A stretch of 62,681 nt of DNA. Origin: an uncultured Anaerolineaceae bacterium (GTDB taxonomy: Bacteria > Chloroflexota > Anaerolineae > Anaerolineales > E44-bin32). A program made the translations under genes and the position numbers. This document shows positions 46,004 through 54,932 of this stretch, piece by piece; the first letter of the stretch is position 1; every line of letters begins with the position of its first letter. The notes beneath the pieces were generated by a model that was not told the origin of the DNA, made no database searches, and worked only from the letters and a program-made list of their open reading frames with translations. Where the stretch lies: positions 1-62,681 of the forward strand of contig CAZEMA010000003.1 in NCBI GenBank assembly GCA_964513155.1, read 5' to 3'.

Positions 46004-46837
46004 TCAAGGGGCAGTCGCCCCCGAGGGGAAGGTGGGGTAGTTAGTGATGACGAGGACGATCGTCAGGCGATCGAAATCGACGACGGGTTGAATCACAGCC
46101 TGTTGAAAGAGTTCATAGTCACGCCGGCGCACGCTGATAACCTGCCCGACGGGGATGTCGGGAGGGTAGCCGCCGCCCAGGCCTGAGGTCAGGACGAGTT
46201 CACCTGTCTGGACGCTGGCTTGCTGGTCGATCATCTCGACCCACAGTTCACCGTTGGGCTGGGCGACCAGAGTGCCATCGGCCCGAGCCGCCTGCAGGAT
46301 GACATTGGCGGAGGAGTCCGGATCCAACACCAACTGGACCCGCGACATCGTCGGGAAGACTTCGGCGATACGTCCCACGAGGCCGCGTTCGGTGACCACG
46401 GGCATCCCCTGGCGCAGGCCGGACTCCGAGCCGCTGGCGATCCAGACAGAACGCAGGAACGGGCTGACGTCCTCGCCGATCACGTTGGCGGCGACATAGC
46501 GGTTCTCCGGCCGGGTGCGGGCGTAGTTGAGCAGGGCGGAGAGGATCTCCATCTCGGAAACCTGCTCCTGCAAGGTGATCACCTGTTGCTCCAATCGCGC
46601 CACTTCGGCTTCGAGCTCGGCGTTGCGCTGGCGGAGGGTCTCCACGTCGCGAGGGGCGGTGGCCATATCCCGCAGGGCCGCGAAGCGCAAGGCGATCCAG
46701 GTCTGGATTCCGGTCACCGGGCGCATGACGAGTCCCTGGACCGGGGCGAGATAGCCAGCCGCGCTCAGGACGAGCAGACCGGTCGCCAGGAGAATCAAGG
46801 TCAACGCCAGCAGCGTTCGAGAAGGTGGGCGGTTCAT
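46004..46837 (-). CDS. mreC: Rod shape-determining protein MreC
   Basis: N-terminal anchor, coiled coil (LRQRNAELEAEVARLEQQV), then beta-barrel repeats. Confidence 0.8.
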   Translation of the reverse strand: MNRPPSRTLLALTLILLATGLLVLSAAGYLAPVQGLVMRPVTGIQTWIALRFAALRDMATAPRDVETLRQRNAELEAEVARLEQQVITLQEQVSEMEILSALLNYARTRPENRYVAANVIGEDVSPFLRSVWIASGSESGLRQGMPVVTERGLVGRIAEVFPTMSRVQLVLDPDSSANVILQAARADGTLVAQPNGELWVEMIDQQASVQTGELVLTSGLGGGYPPDIPVGQVISVRRRDYELFQQAVIQPVVDFDRLTIVLVITNYPTFPSGATAP

Positions 46838-46882
46838 CGGGGATGCCGGCGAGTCCGAGTGAGCCTGGGGTGCTCCCCGGGG

Positions 46883-47941
46883 CTAGGAACCACCCGGCTG
46901 CACGCCGACCAGGAAGCGCGAGTTGGCATCGAGATCCTCGAGCATCATGCCAGCGCCGCGGGCGACGCAGGTCATCGGGTCTTCGGCCACCCAGGCGCGC
47001 ATGTGCAGTTCGCTGGACAGGCGCTCCGCCAGCCCCTGGATCTGGGCTCCGCCGCCTGCCAGGCATATGCCGGTTTCCATCAGGTCAGCGACGATACCGG
47101 GGGGAATCTCAAAGATGGCTGCCTTGATGGTGTCGATGACAACCTTGATGGAAGAGGAAAGGGCCTCGCGAATCTCGACGGAGGACACCTCAACAGCTTC
47201 GGGCAGGCCGCTTACCAGGTTCCGGCCGCGGAGGGTGATCGTCTTTTCTTCCTTGAGCGGGTAGGCCGAGCCCAGGGTGATCTTGGCCGTCTCGGCCATG
47301 CGCTCGCCGATCAGGATGTTGTACTTGTTGCGCACGTAGTCGATGAGGTCCTCATCCATCTCATCGCCGGCGACGCGCACCGATCGTTTCACAACAACGC
47401 CACCCATGGAGTAGACCGCCATCTCGGTGGTTCCCCCGCCGATGTCGACGACCATCGACCCGCGGACTTCGCCGATCGGCAGGTTGGCGCCCAGCGCAGC
47501 CGCAGTGGGCTCCTCGATCAGGAACGCCTGGCGGGCACCCGCGGCCATGGTGGCGTCGTAGACGGCGCGCCTCTCGACCTCGGTCGCCCCGGTGGGGATG
47601 CCAACCACGACTCGGGGGCGAGGGACGGGTACGATGCTCTGCTCATGCGCCTTGCCGATGAAGTACTCCAGCATGGCCTCGGTGATGTCGAACTCGGAGA
47701 TGACGCCGTCCCGCAATGGGCGTATGGCGACTACGTTGGCCGGGGTCCGGCCCACCATCTGCTTGGCCTCGGAGCCGATGGCCAAGATCCGTTTCGTCTT
47801 CTTCTCCATGGCGACCCAGGAGGGTTCGTTGAGGACAATACCCTTGCCGCGCACATTGACGAGGGTATTGGCCGTTCCCAGGTCAATGCCAATATCGAGG
47901 GAGAACAGGCCCAGAAGCCAGTTCAGTGGATTGAAGGCCAA
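46883..47941 (-). CDS. mreB: Rod shape-determining protein MreB
   Basis: DIGIDLGTANTLV, VVDIGGGTTE. TTG start with a GGAGGA RBS. Confidence 0.9.
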   Translation of the reverse strand: MAFNPLNWLLGLFSLDIGIDLGTANTLVNVRGKGIVLNEPSWVAMEKKTKRILAIGSEAKQMVGRTPANVVAIRPLRDGVISEFDITEAMLEYFIGKAHEQSIVPVPRPRVVVGIPTGATEVERRAVYDATMAAGARQAFLIEEPTAAALGANLPIGEVRGSMVVDIGGGTTEMAVYSMGGVVVKRSVRVAGDEMDEDLIDYVRNKYNILIGERMAETAKITLGSAYPLKEEKTITLRGRNLVSGLPEAVEVSSVEIREALSSSIKVVIDTIKAAIFEIPPGIVADLMETGICLAGGGAQIQGLAERLSSELHMRAWVAEDPMTCVARGAGMMLEDLDANSRFLVGVQPGGS

Positions 47942-47981
47942 CTTCGCTTTCCTCCAGCGGGTGGCGCAGGACCGGTTTGGG

Positions 47982-47990
47982 AGTATACCA
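47982..47990 (-). promoter_or_regulatory. Extended -10 TGGTATACT (minus strand) for the mre operon
   Basis: 41 nt upstream of the mreB start. Confidence 0.45.
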
Positions 47991-48059
47991 CAGCGTCGCG
48001 GCCGCCCGGTCGACCCGCTCTCGTTATGTCTATGCGCGACGGGAAACGGAAGCTCCCGA

Positions 48060-48068
48060 TGCTATAAT
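48060..48068 (+). promoter_or_regulatory. Extended -10 TGCTATAAT for tilS
   Basis: Ends 8 nt before ATG 48077 (leaderless configuration). Confidence 0.45.
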
Positions 48069-48076
48069 CGAACGTG

Positions 48077-49531
48077 ATGGCGGAGGCCTGCTCCCTGGTT
48101 GCGGACACGATCCGCAAAGAGAAACTGCTCCGACCGCGCCAGAAGGTCGTGGCGGCGGTCTCCGGCGGCGCCGACAGCCTGTGCTTGCTGGACTGCCTGG
48201 CCCGGCTCGGGTATCCAGTGATCGTTGCTCACCTCGACCATCAACTCCGTCCTGACAGCCCCGAGGATGCACGATTCGTTCTAGAAACGGCCCAGATCTA
48301 TGGCCTTCCCGCGGTTGTGGCCCGGGAGGAGGTACGCTCCTTCGCGGGAGGAGGCTTCTCGCTCGAGGAGGCGGCCCGCCTCGTCCGCTACCGCTTCCTG
48401 GTCCGTGTGGCTCGGGAACACCGGGCTCGGGTTATCGCCACCGGACACACCGCCGACGACCACGCCGAGACGATCCTGATGCACTTCATCCGCGGGGCGG
48501 GGCCGGAGGGCCTGCGAGGCATTTCACCAAGAACCGACTTCGAAGCCTGGGCGGGTTTGCCCGAAGCCGCGGGGCTGACCCTTGTCCGCCCCCTGCTTGC
48601 GCTCAGCCGCGCACAGACGATTGAGCACTGCGCCAAGGTGGGGCTTGTGCCTCGGGAGGACTCGAGCAACACAGATCCGGCTTTCTTCCGCAACCGTTTG
48701 AGGCACGAACTGCTGCCGATCCTGGAGGGCTACAACCCGGGCATCCGGGAAGTGCTCAAACGGACCGGGCGGGTCATGCGGGATCAGGCCGAGTTGACCT
48801 TGGCGCTGGCCGAGGCGGCTTGGGTAGAGGTGGCCCGGCCGGCGGGGAAGCGTGCCCTTGCCCTGAGAACCGGCCCCTTCCTGGCGCAGCCCCGGGCGGT
48901 GCAGTGCACGCTCCTGCGGAAGGCCCTCATCCACCTGCGGCCCGGAGAGCGGGATCTCGGGCTGGAAACGATCGAGCGCGCCCAGGCTTTCGTGAGCGCC
49001 CCGCCGCGCTCGCACGAGGTGCCGCTGGCGGCAGGCATTGAGATGGTGCACCTGGGGAATGAAGTGCTGCTGGCAGAGGTGGGGGCCAGGCCCACACTGC
49101 CTGATTACCCGCAATTGACCTCCGAGAGGCGGAGGCGTCTGGAGGTACCTGGCGGGGTCGCGCTGGCGTGCGGTTGGCGGATAGAGGCGCGAACGCATAG
49201 GCTTTCCGCCTCCCAGAGAGGGGGCTGGTTGCGGAAGCCGGGCAATGACTCGGCGGCACTGGACGCCGATGTGCTGCGCGAACCCCTGAGCGTGCGGCCT
49301 CCGCGCGCGGGGGACCGGATCCAGCCGCTGGGGATGGAAGGGACTGCGAAGGTCGCGGACCTGCTGGTCAACTTGCATGTCCCACGAGCGGCCCGGTCCC
49401 ACTGGCCACTCGTGAGCGCTGGCGACGAGATCGTGTGGGTGGCAGGACTGCGCATGGCTCACCCGGCGCGGCTGACGGTCCGATCCCGGCGGGCTCTCAT
49501 TCTCCACCTGATTCGTCCCAAGGGTCAGTGA
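48077..49531 (+). CDS. tilS: tRNA(Ile)-lysidine synthetase
   Basis: PP-loop VVAAVSGGADS and HLDHQLR. ATG 48077 is chosen over GTG 48074. Confidence 0.85.
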   Translation: MAEACSLVADTIRKEKLLRPRQKVVAAVSGGADSLCLLDCLARLGYPVIVAHLDHQLRPDSPEDARFVLETAQIYGLPAVVAREEVRSFAGGGFSLEEAARLVRYRFLVRVAREHRARVIATGHTADDHAETILMHFIRGAGPEGLRGISPRTDFEAWAGLPEAAGLTLVRPLLALSRAQTIEHCAKVGLVPREDSSNTDPAFFRNRLRHELLPILEGYNPGIREVLKRTGRVMRDQAELTLALAEAAWVEVARPAGKRALALRTGPFLAQPRAVQCTLLRKALIHLRPGERDLGLETIERAQAFVSAPPRSHEVPLAAGIEMVHLGNEVLLAEVGARPTLPDYPQLTSERRRRLEVPGGVALACGWRIEARTHRLSASQRGGWLRKPGNDSAALDADVLREPLSVRPPRAGDRIQPLGMEGTAKVADLLVNLHVPRAARSHWPLVSAGDEIVWVAGLRMAHPARLTVRSRRALILHLIRPKGQ

Positions 49532-49713
49532 CCTTCTCCGGATGACTGGACAGCGGCGATTCGAGGTGCCCGAGGGGATCGGGGCGGGAGTCTAACTGGA
49601 TTAGGGGCAGGTGCTTGTTCGGGCGTCTGATGATTCGTCGGTTGCCGCCGAGCACGTGCGCTGGGGAAATGAAATGACCAGGGGTGGCTCCTGACAAGTC
49701 GGCCACCAGGTGC

Positions 49714-49741
49714 TTGCGTCTGCAGCATTCGCGCCTAGAAT
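49714..49741 (+). promoter_or_regulatory. Putative promoter TTGCGT-N16-TAGAAT for glnA
   Basis: The -10 ends 27 nt before ATG 49769. A GGGAGG RBS lies in between. Confidence 0.4.
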
Positions 49742-49768
49742 GCGCCAGCTTTCTGCGGGAGGTTCAAG

Positions 49769-51103
49769 ATGGTCAACGACGTTCTGGAACAGGTGGTTGA
49801 GGACGGCGTCAGGTTTGTCTGCCTGCAATTCACCGACGTCACCGGCGCGGTCAAGAGCGTCGACATCCCGGTGCAGCGCCTGACCTCGGCGCTCGAAGAG
49901 GGGGTCTGGTTCGACGGATCCTCGGTCGAGGGTTTTGCCCGTATCCAGGAGAGCGATATGCGGCTGGTGCTCGACGCTGCCACGTACGCCGTGCTCCCCT
50001 GGAGCCAGCCGGAGCGGCGTCGGGCGCGCATCTTCTGCGACATCTACCGCCCGGATGGTACGCGCTTCGTTGGGGACCCGCGTGGCGTGCTCAAGCGTGT
50101 CCTCTCTGACCTCGACAAACGAGGCTGGAAGTTCAACGTTGGCCCTGAGCCGGAGTTCTTCCTCCTGCGGCGGAACGGCCCCGACCTCGTCCATCCGGTT
50201 CCTCACGACGTCGGCGGCTACTTCGACTTCTCCGCCAGCGATGAGGCCCAGCAGGTCCGCAACGAGCTCATGCTCGCCCTGGGTGGGATGGGGCTGGAGG
50301 TGGAGATGGGGCACCATGAGGTGGCGCTGGGACAGCACGAGATCGACTTCCACTTCGACGATGCCCTGCTCACCGCCGACAAGGTTGTGACGCTCAAGTA
50401 CACGGTCAAGGCATTGGCCGCCCAACACAACCTGGTGGCGACCTTCATGCCCAAGCCGATCTTCGGCATCAACGGATCGGGGATGCACACGCATCAGTCG
50501 ATCGTCGGATCCAAGGGGAAGAACCTGTTCTTCGAATCCTCGGATCCACACGGGCTCTCGGCGATGGCTCGGGGTTTCATTGCCGGGCAGATGGCGCATG
50601 CCCGGGCCATGGCGGCCGTCGTCGCGCCCACGGTCAACTCCTATAAGCGCATCGTTCCGGGCTACGAGGCGCCCGTCTACGTCTGCTGGGCGCAGATCAA
50701 CCGCTCGGCGATGATCCGCATTCCGGCCGCCACCGAGGGCGCCGAGATGTCGACCCGGGTGGAGTTGCGCTGCCCGGATCCGTCGTGCAATCCATACCTT
50801 GCCTTCGCCGTCATGCTGGCCGCGGGGCTGGATGGAATCGACCGGAAGCTCACCTGCCCGCCGCCGGTGAACGATCTCAATATCTACGAGATGTCGCCGG
50901 AGGAACTGGCGGAACTGGGGATCTCCCAACTTCCCGGTTCACTGGATGAGGCGCTGGAGGCACTGGCGAGCGATGAGCTGCTCATCGACACGATCGGCCG
51001 CGAGGTCTACGAGGCCTTCGTGCGGGCCAAGCGGGCCGAATGGGACGAGTATCGGACCCGGGTGATGGACTGGGAGGTGAAGCGCTACCTGGAGACAGCT
51101 TGA
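49769..51103 (+). CDS. glnA: Glutamine synthetase, type I
   Basis: FTDVTG..K.V.IP, DGSSVEGF, GSGMHTHQS and NSYKRIVPGYEAP motifs. Confidence 0.9.
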   Translation: MVNDVLEQVVEDGVRFVCLQFTDVTGAVKSVDIPVQRLTSALEEGVWFDGSSVEGFARIQESDMRLVLDAATYAVLPWSQPERRRARIFCDIYRPDGTRFVGDPRGVLKRVLSDLDKRGWKFNVGPEPEFFLLRRNGPDLVHPVPHDVGGYFDFSASDEAQQVRNELMLALGGMGLEVEMGHHEVALGQHEIDFHFDDALLTADKVVTLKYTVKALAAQHNLVATFMPKPIFGINGSGMHTHQSIVGSKGKNLFFESSDPHGLSAMARGFIAGQMAHARAMAAVVAPTVNSYKRIVPGYEAPVYVCWAQINRSAMIRIPAATEGAEMSTRVELRCPDPSCNPYLAFAVMLAAGLDGIDRKLTCPPPVNDLNIYEMSPEELAELGISQLPGSLDEALEALASDELLIDTIGREVYEAFVRAKRAEWDEYRTRVMDWEVKRYLETA

Positions 51104-51166
51104 GAGCGGACGATGGACGATGCACCACGGACCATGGTCCATGGTCTGTCGTCTGTGGTCCGCTCT
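51103..51166. terminator. Composite hairpin filling the whole glnA/yhhQ convergent spacer
   Basis: AGAGCGGAC...GGACCATGGTCC...GTCCGCTCT. The stem ends abut both stop codons. Confidence 0.5.
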
Positions 51167-51859
51167 TCAGAACCTCACCGGGTTGAAGTCGGTGCCGCGG
51201 TCGAAGTAGTCCTCGTTCTCAGCGCGCTTGAGGAAATTGACGACGAGGTAGGTCAGGGGAGTAGCCAGGGCCTCGTAAGCGCTCTTGACGAGCCATTGGG
51301 AGAGGATCGCTCCCGCCAGCGCCGCGTTGGGCAGGATGCCGGCGAAGGCCGCCGTGATGAAGACGAACGAGTCGGCGCCCTCGCCGACCAACGTCGAGGT
51401 GATCGTGCGCAGCCATAGCAGCCGTCCCCCGGTTGCGATCTTCAGCCTGGCCAAGACAAACGAATTGAGAAACTCACCAACCAGATAGGCGGCGAAGGAG
51501 GCAGCCAGCAGGCGTGGGGTGAACCCCAGGATGGCCCGATACGCCTGCGAGGCTTCGGCCGGCGTCTGGTACAGCCCCGCCGTCCAGAGCGGCGAGGTGG
51601 GCAGCAGACCGGCGAGCCAGATGGCGGCGACGGCGAGCAGGTTGCAGCCGAAGCCGGTCCAGATCGCCTGGCGCGCCCGGGCGTAGCCGTAGACTTCGGT
51701 CAGGATATCGCCGAAGATGTAGGCCACCGGAAAGAGGATGATGGCGGCCGGGAGGCTCAGCCCGAGGAAGTTGACCAGCTTGACGGCGATGATGTTGGAG
51801 ATGACCAGGGTGGTGGTGAAGACAGCCACCACCCTGGGGTACCAGCGGTGGGAGCGCAT
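51167..51859 (-). CDS. yhhQ: Queuosine-precursor transporter (YhhQ/DUF165, VUT family)
   Basis: TTLVISNIIAVKL......LPAAIILFPVAYIFGDILTEVYGY..AR. Start at MRSHRW (51859). Confidence 0.8.
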   Translation of the reverse strand: MRSHRWYPRVVAVFTTTLVISNIIAVKLVNFLGLSLPAAIILFPVAYIFGDILTEVYGYARARQAIWTGFGCNLLAVAAIWLAGLLPTSPLWTAGLYQTPAEASQAYRAILGFTPRLLAASFAAYLVGEFLNSFVLARLKIATGGRLLWLRTITSTLVGEGADSFVFITAAFAGILPNAALAGAILSQWLVKSAYEALATPLTYLVVNFLKRAENEDYFDRGTDFNPVRF

Positions 51860-51867
51860 GAGCCCGC

Positions 51868-52269
51868 CTACTCCCGGCGGCCGTGCTCGGCCTCGACGGT
51901 GATAGCAATCCCGCCCCGAACCTTGAAGGCGCCCCGCACCCGGCACCAGCGCGGCTCAAGGGCTGCCACCAGATCCTCCAGGATCTTGTTGATCACATGC
52001 TCGTGGAACACGCCTTCGTCGCGGTAGGACCACAGGTACAACTTGAAGGACTTCGACTCGAGTATCTTCTGGTCCGGGACGTACTCGACGGTGAGGGTGG
52101 CGAAGTCCGGCTGGCCAGTGGCCGGGCAGACACAGGTGAACTCGTCGGTATCGAGGCGCACGATGTAATTGCGCTCCGGGTCATGGTTGGGGAAGGTCTC
52201 GAGTCGCTTGCTGGGCTTGGCGCCCCGGCCCAGCACGGTCAGGCCATCGAGGTCGGAAGGTTCAGTCAT
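51868..52269 (-). CDS. queF: NADPH-dependent 7-cyano-7-deazaguanine (preQ0) reductase
   Basis: Catalytic Cys context EFTCVCPATGQPDFA and the QueF motif ESKSFKLYLWSYR. Confidence 0.9.
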   Translation of the reverse strand: MTEPSDLDGLTVLGRGAKPSKRLETFPNHDPERNYIVRLDTDEFTCVCPATGQPDFATLTVEYVPDQKILESKSFKLYLWSYRDEGVFHEHVINKILEDLVAALEPRWCRVRGAFKVRGGIAITVEAEHGRRE

Positions 52270-53228
52270 GGTAGCTCCGTCGCGGCCGTCTCACCCTTGC
52301 GTTCCCGCACCCGGTCCCAGGTCCGGCAGTAGGCGCATTGACCGGGCGCGGAGGTGGGCTGGCCGCAGGACTGGCACGGGTGGAGGCTGGCTTCCTGCGC
52401 GGTGGGCCGGCTTGGCAGGAGCCCGGTCTGCTTGGCCTCCAGGAACGAAAGGTAGAAGGAGAGCTTCAATCCAGGGCGGTCGGCTTCCATGCGGTTGAGC
52501 ACTCCCTTATAGTAGAGCGACTTCGCCCCCTCGGCGAAGGGACACTCGTCGTAGATATACTCGATGCCGCGCAGCAGGGCGTAGGCAGCGGTCTCGCGCT
52601 CGTAGATCCGGCAGAATGGCTTGGCCTTGCGCGCCAGGCCGTCGGCGGAGGCCTCCAGGACCGGCCCCTGGCGGGCGAGGTAGCCGACGGACCAGGAGAG
52701 GGCGTTGCCAAACAGGACAGCGGCCTCGTCATCCAGATTGTGCCCGGTGACGAGGACGTCGTAGCCACCGTCGCGGGCGACCCGGTTCATGATGTGACGC
52801 TTGGTCAGACCGCACAGCGAGCAGGGCTTGAGCTGCCCCCGCCGGGTGAGCGCAGTCGCCTGCGGGATGGCCGCGCCTTCGACCTCGGCCACGTTGAAGG
52901 TGATCAGCCTCAGGCTGTGCTCGTCGGCGAAACTCTGCGCCAGCCGCTGCGACTCATCGGAGTAGCGGACACCGCCGTCGATCCCCAGGTTGATGTATAG
53001 CCCGTCGACCGCATAGCCCAATCGCCGGAGCACGTCCCACAGGCTGAGCGAGTCCTTGCCGCCCGAGACGGCTGCCAGGATCCGGTCACCAGGGCCGAAC
53101 ATGCGGTACTTCTCAACAAACCGCTGGGTTTGCTCGGGGATCCACTCGAGGAAGTGCTGCCGGCACAAGGCCAGCTTGTGCTGGCGCATGTTGAGGGCGG
53201 CCTTCTCGCCGCATTTCCGGCATTTCAT
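52266..53228 (-). CDS. TtuA/Ncs6-like tRNA 2-thiolation PP-loop ATPase
   Basis: N-terminal CxxC...CxxH finger, PP-loop AVSGGKDS, and C-terminal CxxC...CxxC. Its stop overlaps the queF ATG (ATGA). Confidence 0.75.
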   Translation of the reverse strand: MKCRKCGEKAALNMRQHKLALCRQHFLEWIPEQTQRFVEKYRMFGPGDRILAAVSGGKDSLSLWDVLRRLGYAVDGLYINLGIDGGVRYSDESQRLAQSFADEHSLRLITFNVAEVEGAAIPQATALTRRGQLKPCSLCGLTKRHIMNRVARDGGYDVLVTGHNLDDEAAVLFGNALSWSVGYLARQGPVLEASADGLARKAKPFCRIYERETAAYALLRGIEYIYDECPFAEGAKSLYYKGVLNRMEADRPGLKLSFYLSFLEAKQTGLLPSRPTAQEASLHPCQSCGQPTSAPGQCAYCRTWDRVRERKGETAATELP

Positions 53229-53235
53229 CTCGGCC

Positions 53236-53439
53236 TCATGAATACCCGCCGCCCGAGATCACGGCGACCAGCTTGATCTCATCGCCTTCGCGCAGGACCT
53301 CATCTTCGGTAATCAACTCGCCGTGGCGGGTTGCCAAGAGGGCTTCCGGGGCAAGCCCGAGATGGAGCAATGCCTGGCGCACGGTCATCCCGGCGCGCAC
53401 CTCGTATTCCTTGTCGCGGAGCTTGATTCGGACAGGCAT
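53236..53439 (-). CDS. ThiS/MoaD-family sulfur-carrier protein (TtuB-like)
   Basis: 67 aa with a beta-grasp pattern, ending ...VAVISGGGYS. AAGGAGA RBS before ATG 53439. Confidence 0.65.
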   Translation of the reverse strand: MPVRIKLRDKEYEVRAGMTVRQALLHLGLAPEALLATRHGELITEDEVLREGDEIKLVAVISGGGYS

Positions 53440-53463
53440 GCCTGTCTCCTTAGGCTTGAAGCG

Positions 53464-53492
53464 ATTGTACCCAGGCGGGAGTGGGGCGTCAA
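53464..53492 (-). promoter_or_regulatory. Near-consensus promoter TTGACG-N17-TACAAT for the thiS-like/ttuA/queF/yhhQ operon
   Basis: -35 at 53487-53492 and -10 at 53464-53469 (minus strand), about 25 nt upstream of the ATG. Confidence 0.55.
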
Positions 53493-53644
53493 TGAAGCGT
53501 GCGCCTTCAGGACGCATGAGGCAGGCTGGGGATTCACATGTTGTCAATCACTTCGGACGATGACCGCCAGCCCCGCACAGCACAGGGTGCTAGGTCGCCT
53601 CACCCAGGTCGCCCCCTTCGGGGATGCCTCTGGGGGCAAGCCCC

Positions 53645-53871
53645 GGGACCCGGCGGGACGCCGGGTCCCGCGAGGGGAGGCAACCCCGGAAGTGCTCGCC
53701 CCGGCGTCCTCGCCGGGGCGCGGCACCGGGGCTCGAGATCGCAGCCGAGGTACCCGGATACCGGCCGCGGCCGTGCCGGACAGGGTCTTTGGCTGGCTCA
53801 GGGCCGCTTGCTACGTTTGGGGATGGGTCGAGGGAACCCCGGGGCCCGGCGTCCCTGCCGGGCCCCGCGAG
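53645..53871. repeat. Cluster of GC hairpins including two related units and one copy of the 38479-type palindrome
   Basis: GGGACCCGGCG-GGA-CGCCGGGTCCCGCGAGGGGAGGCA (53645-) is related to GGGGCCCGGC-GTCCCT-GCCGGGCCCCGCGAGGTGAGGCA (53840-). CTCGCCCCGGCGTCCTCGCCGGGGCG is at 53695-53720. Confidence 0.55.
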
Positions 53872-54040
53872 GTGAGGCACCGGATCTCACGGGCGCGGCG
53901 TCCCGGGGTGAGCGATTCGGGCGTCGGCATCAACGGGCCACGACCCCCGCGGCCTACCGACTTGCGCGGAGGGCTGGCCGACGGCGGAAGCCGGAGGCCA
54001 GCCCGAGGCGCACCACCCCATGAGGTTGAAGCAGGAGAGC

Positions 54041-54925
54041 TCAAGGGACGGCCGCGGTCTGCTCCTGGGAACGCATGGCGTGGAAGGCCGCGATGGCGAC
54101 CTCGAGCATCTGGCTGTCGGGCTCGCGGGTGGTCAGGCGTTGCAGGGCGAGATTGGGGGCGACGAGTGGCCAGGCCCAGCGGGACCCTATCCAGCGGGCG
54201 CTCAAACGGATGTACTCGTAGGCGAAGGCAGCCAGGACAGGGACCAGCGCGATGCGGCTGAGGAGACGCGGCAGGAGGGGCAGGGGACCGAGCGCGCTGA
54301 ACAAGAGGACCGAGAAGACGACCACTGTGAGCAAGAAGGCGGTGCCGCAGCGAGGATGCTCGCGGGGGAAGGCACCAACGCTCTCGACGGTGAGGGGGGC
54401 TCCGGCCTCGAAGGCGTTGATCGTCTTGTGCTCGGCGCCGTGGTAGGCGTAGACGCGGGCGACCTCGCTCCACAACCCGACGGCGCCGATGTACCCGACG
54501 AGGAGGATCAGGCGGACGAGCCCTTCGAGCATGTTGGCCCACCAGGGTGTGAACCCGAGGTAGCGTTCGGCCAAGTAGCCGATGCCCGCCGGGAGTAGGA
54601 AGAACAGGCCTAGCCCCAAGACGATGGCGATGAACACGGTGAGGGCCATGGGCGCGCCCTCGACCTTCTGGTCCTCGCCTAGCTGAACGTCGGCGGAGAA
54701 GGTCAAGGCGCGCATGCCCAGGACCAGCGCGTCCCACAGCACGAGCAGGCCGCGAACGAACGGGATCTTGGGGACCCAGCCGGTGTAGACGCGGCTCAAA
54801 GGTTGGGTCTTGATGCGAATCGAATGGTCCGGCGCTCGAACCGCGATGGCACACGTGCGGGCGCCGCGCATCATGACGCCCTCGATGACGGCCTGTCCGC
54901 CGTAGGTGGGGAGGCGTTCGGTCAC
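54041..54925 (-). CDS. DUF1385 (YqhQ-like) membrane protein
   Basis: YGGQAVIEGVMMRG N-terminus, HGAEHKTI, and HPRCGT. GTG start at 54925, 8 nt after the upstream stop. Confidence 0.75.
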   Translation of the reverse strand: MTERLPTYGGQAVIEGVMMRGARTCAIAVRAPDHSIRIKTQPLSRVYTGWVPKIPFVRGLLVLWDALVLGMRALTFSADVQLGEDQKVEGAPMALTVFIAIVLGLGLFFLLPAGIGYLAERYLGFTPWWANMLEGLVRLILLVGYIGAVGLWSEVARVYAYHGAEHKTINAFEAGAPLTVESVGAFPREHPRCGTAFLLTVVVFSVLLFSALGPLPLLPRLLSRIALVPVLAAFAYEYIRLSARWIGSRWAWPLVAPNLALQRLTTREPDSQMLEVAIAAFHAMRSQEQTAAVP

Positions 54926-54932
54926 GGTTCCG

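Noticed and set aside
40361-47941. mreBCD-mrdA-minCDE-rodA cluster considered as a novelty
   Set aside because: This is a well-known conserved arrangement of elongasome and Min genes. The only unusual aspect is the MITE at its 3' end, which is reported separately.
49532-49768. Possible glutamine riboswitch or other leader upstream of glnA
   Set aside because: The TTGCGT-N16-TAGAAT promoter leaves only a leader of about 20 nt containing the RBS. I saw no glnA-motif-like structure.
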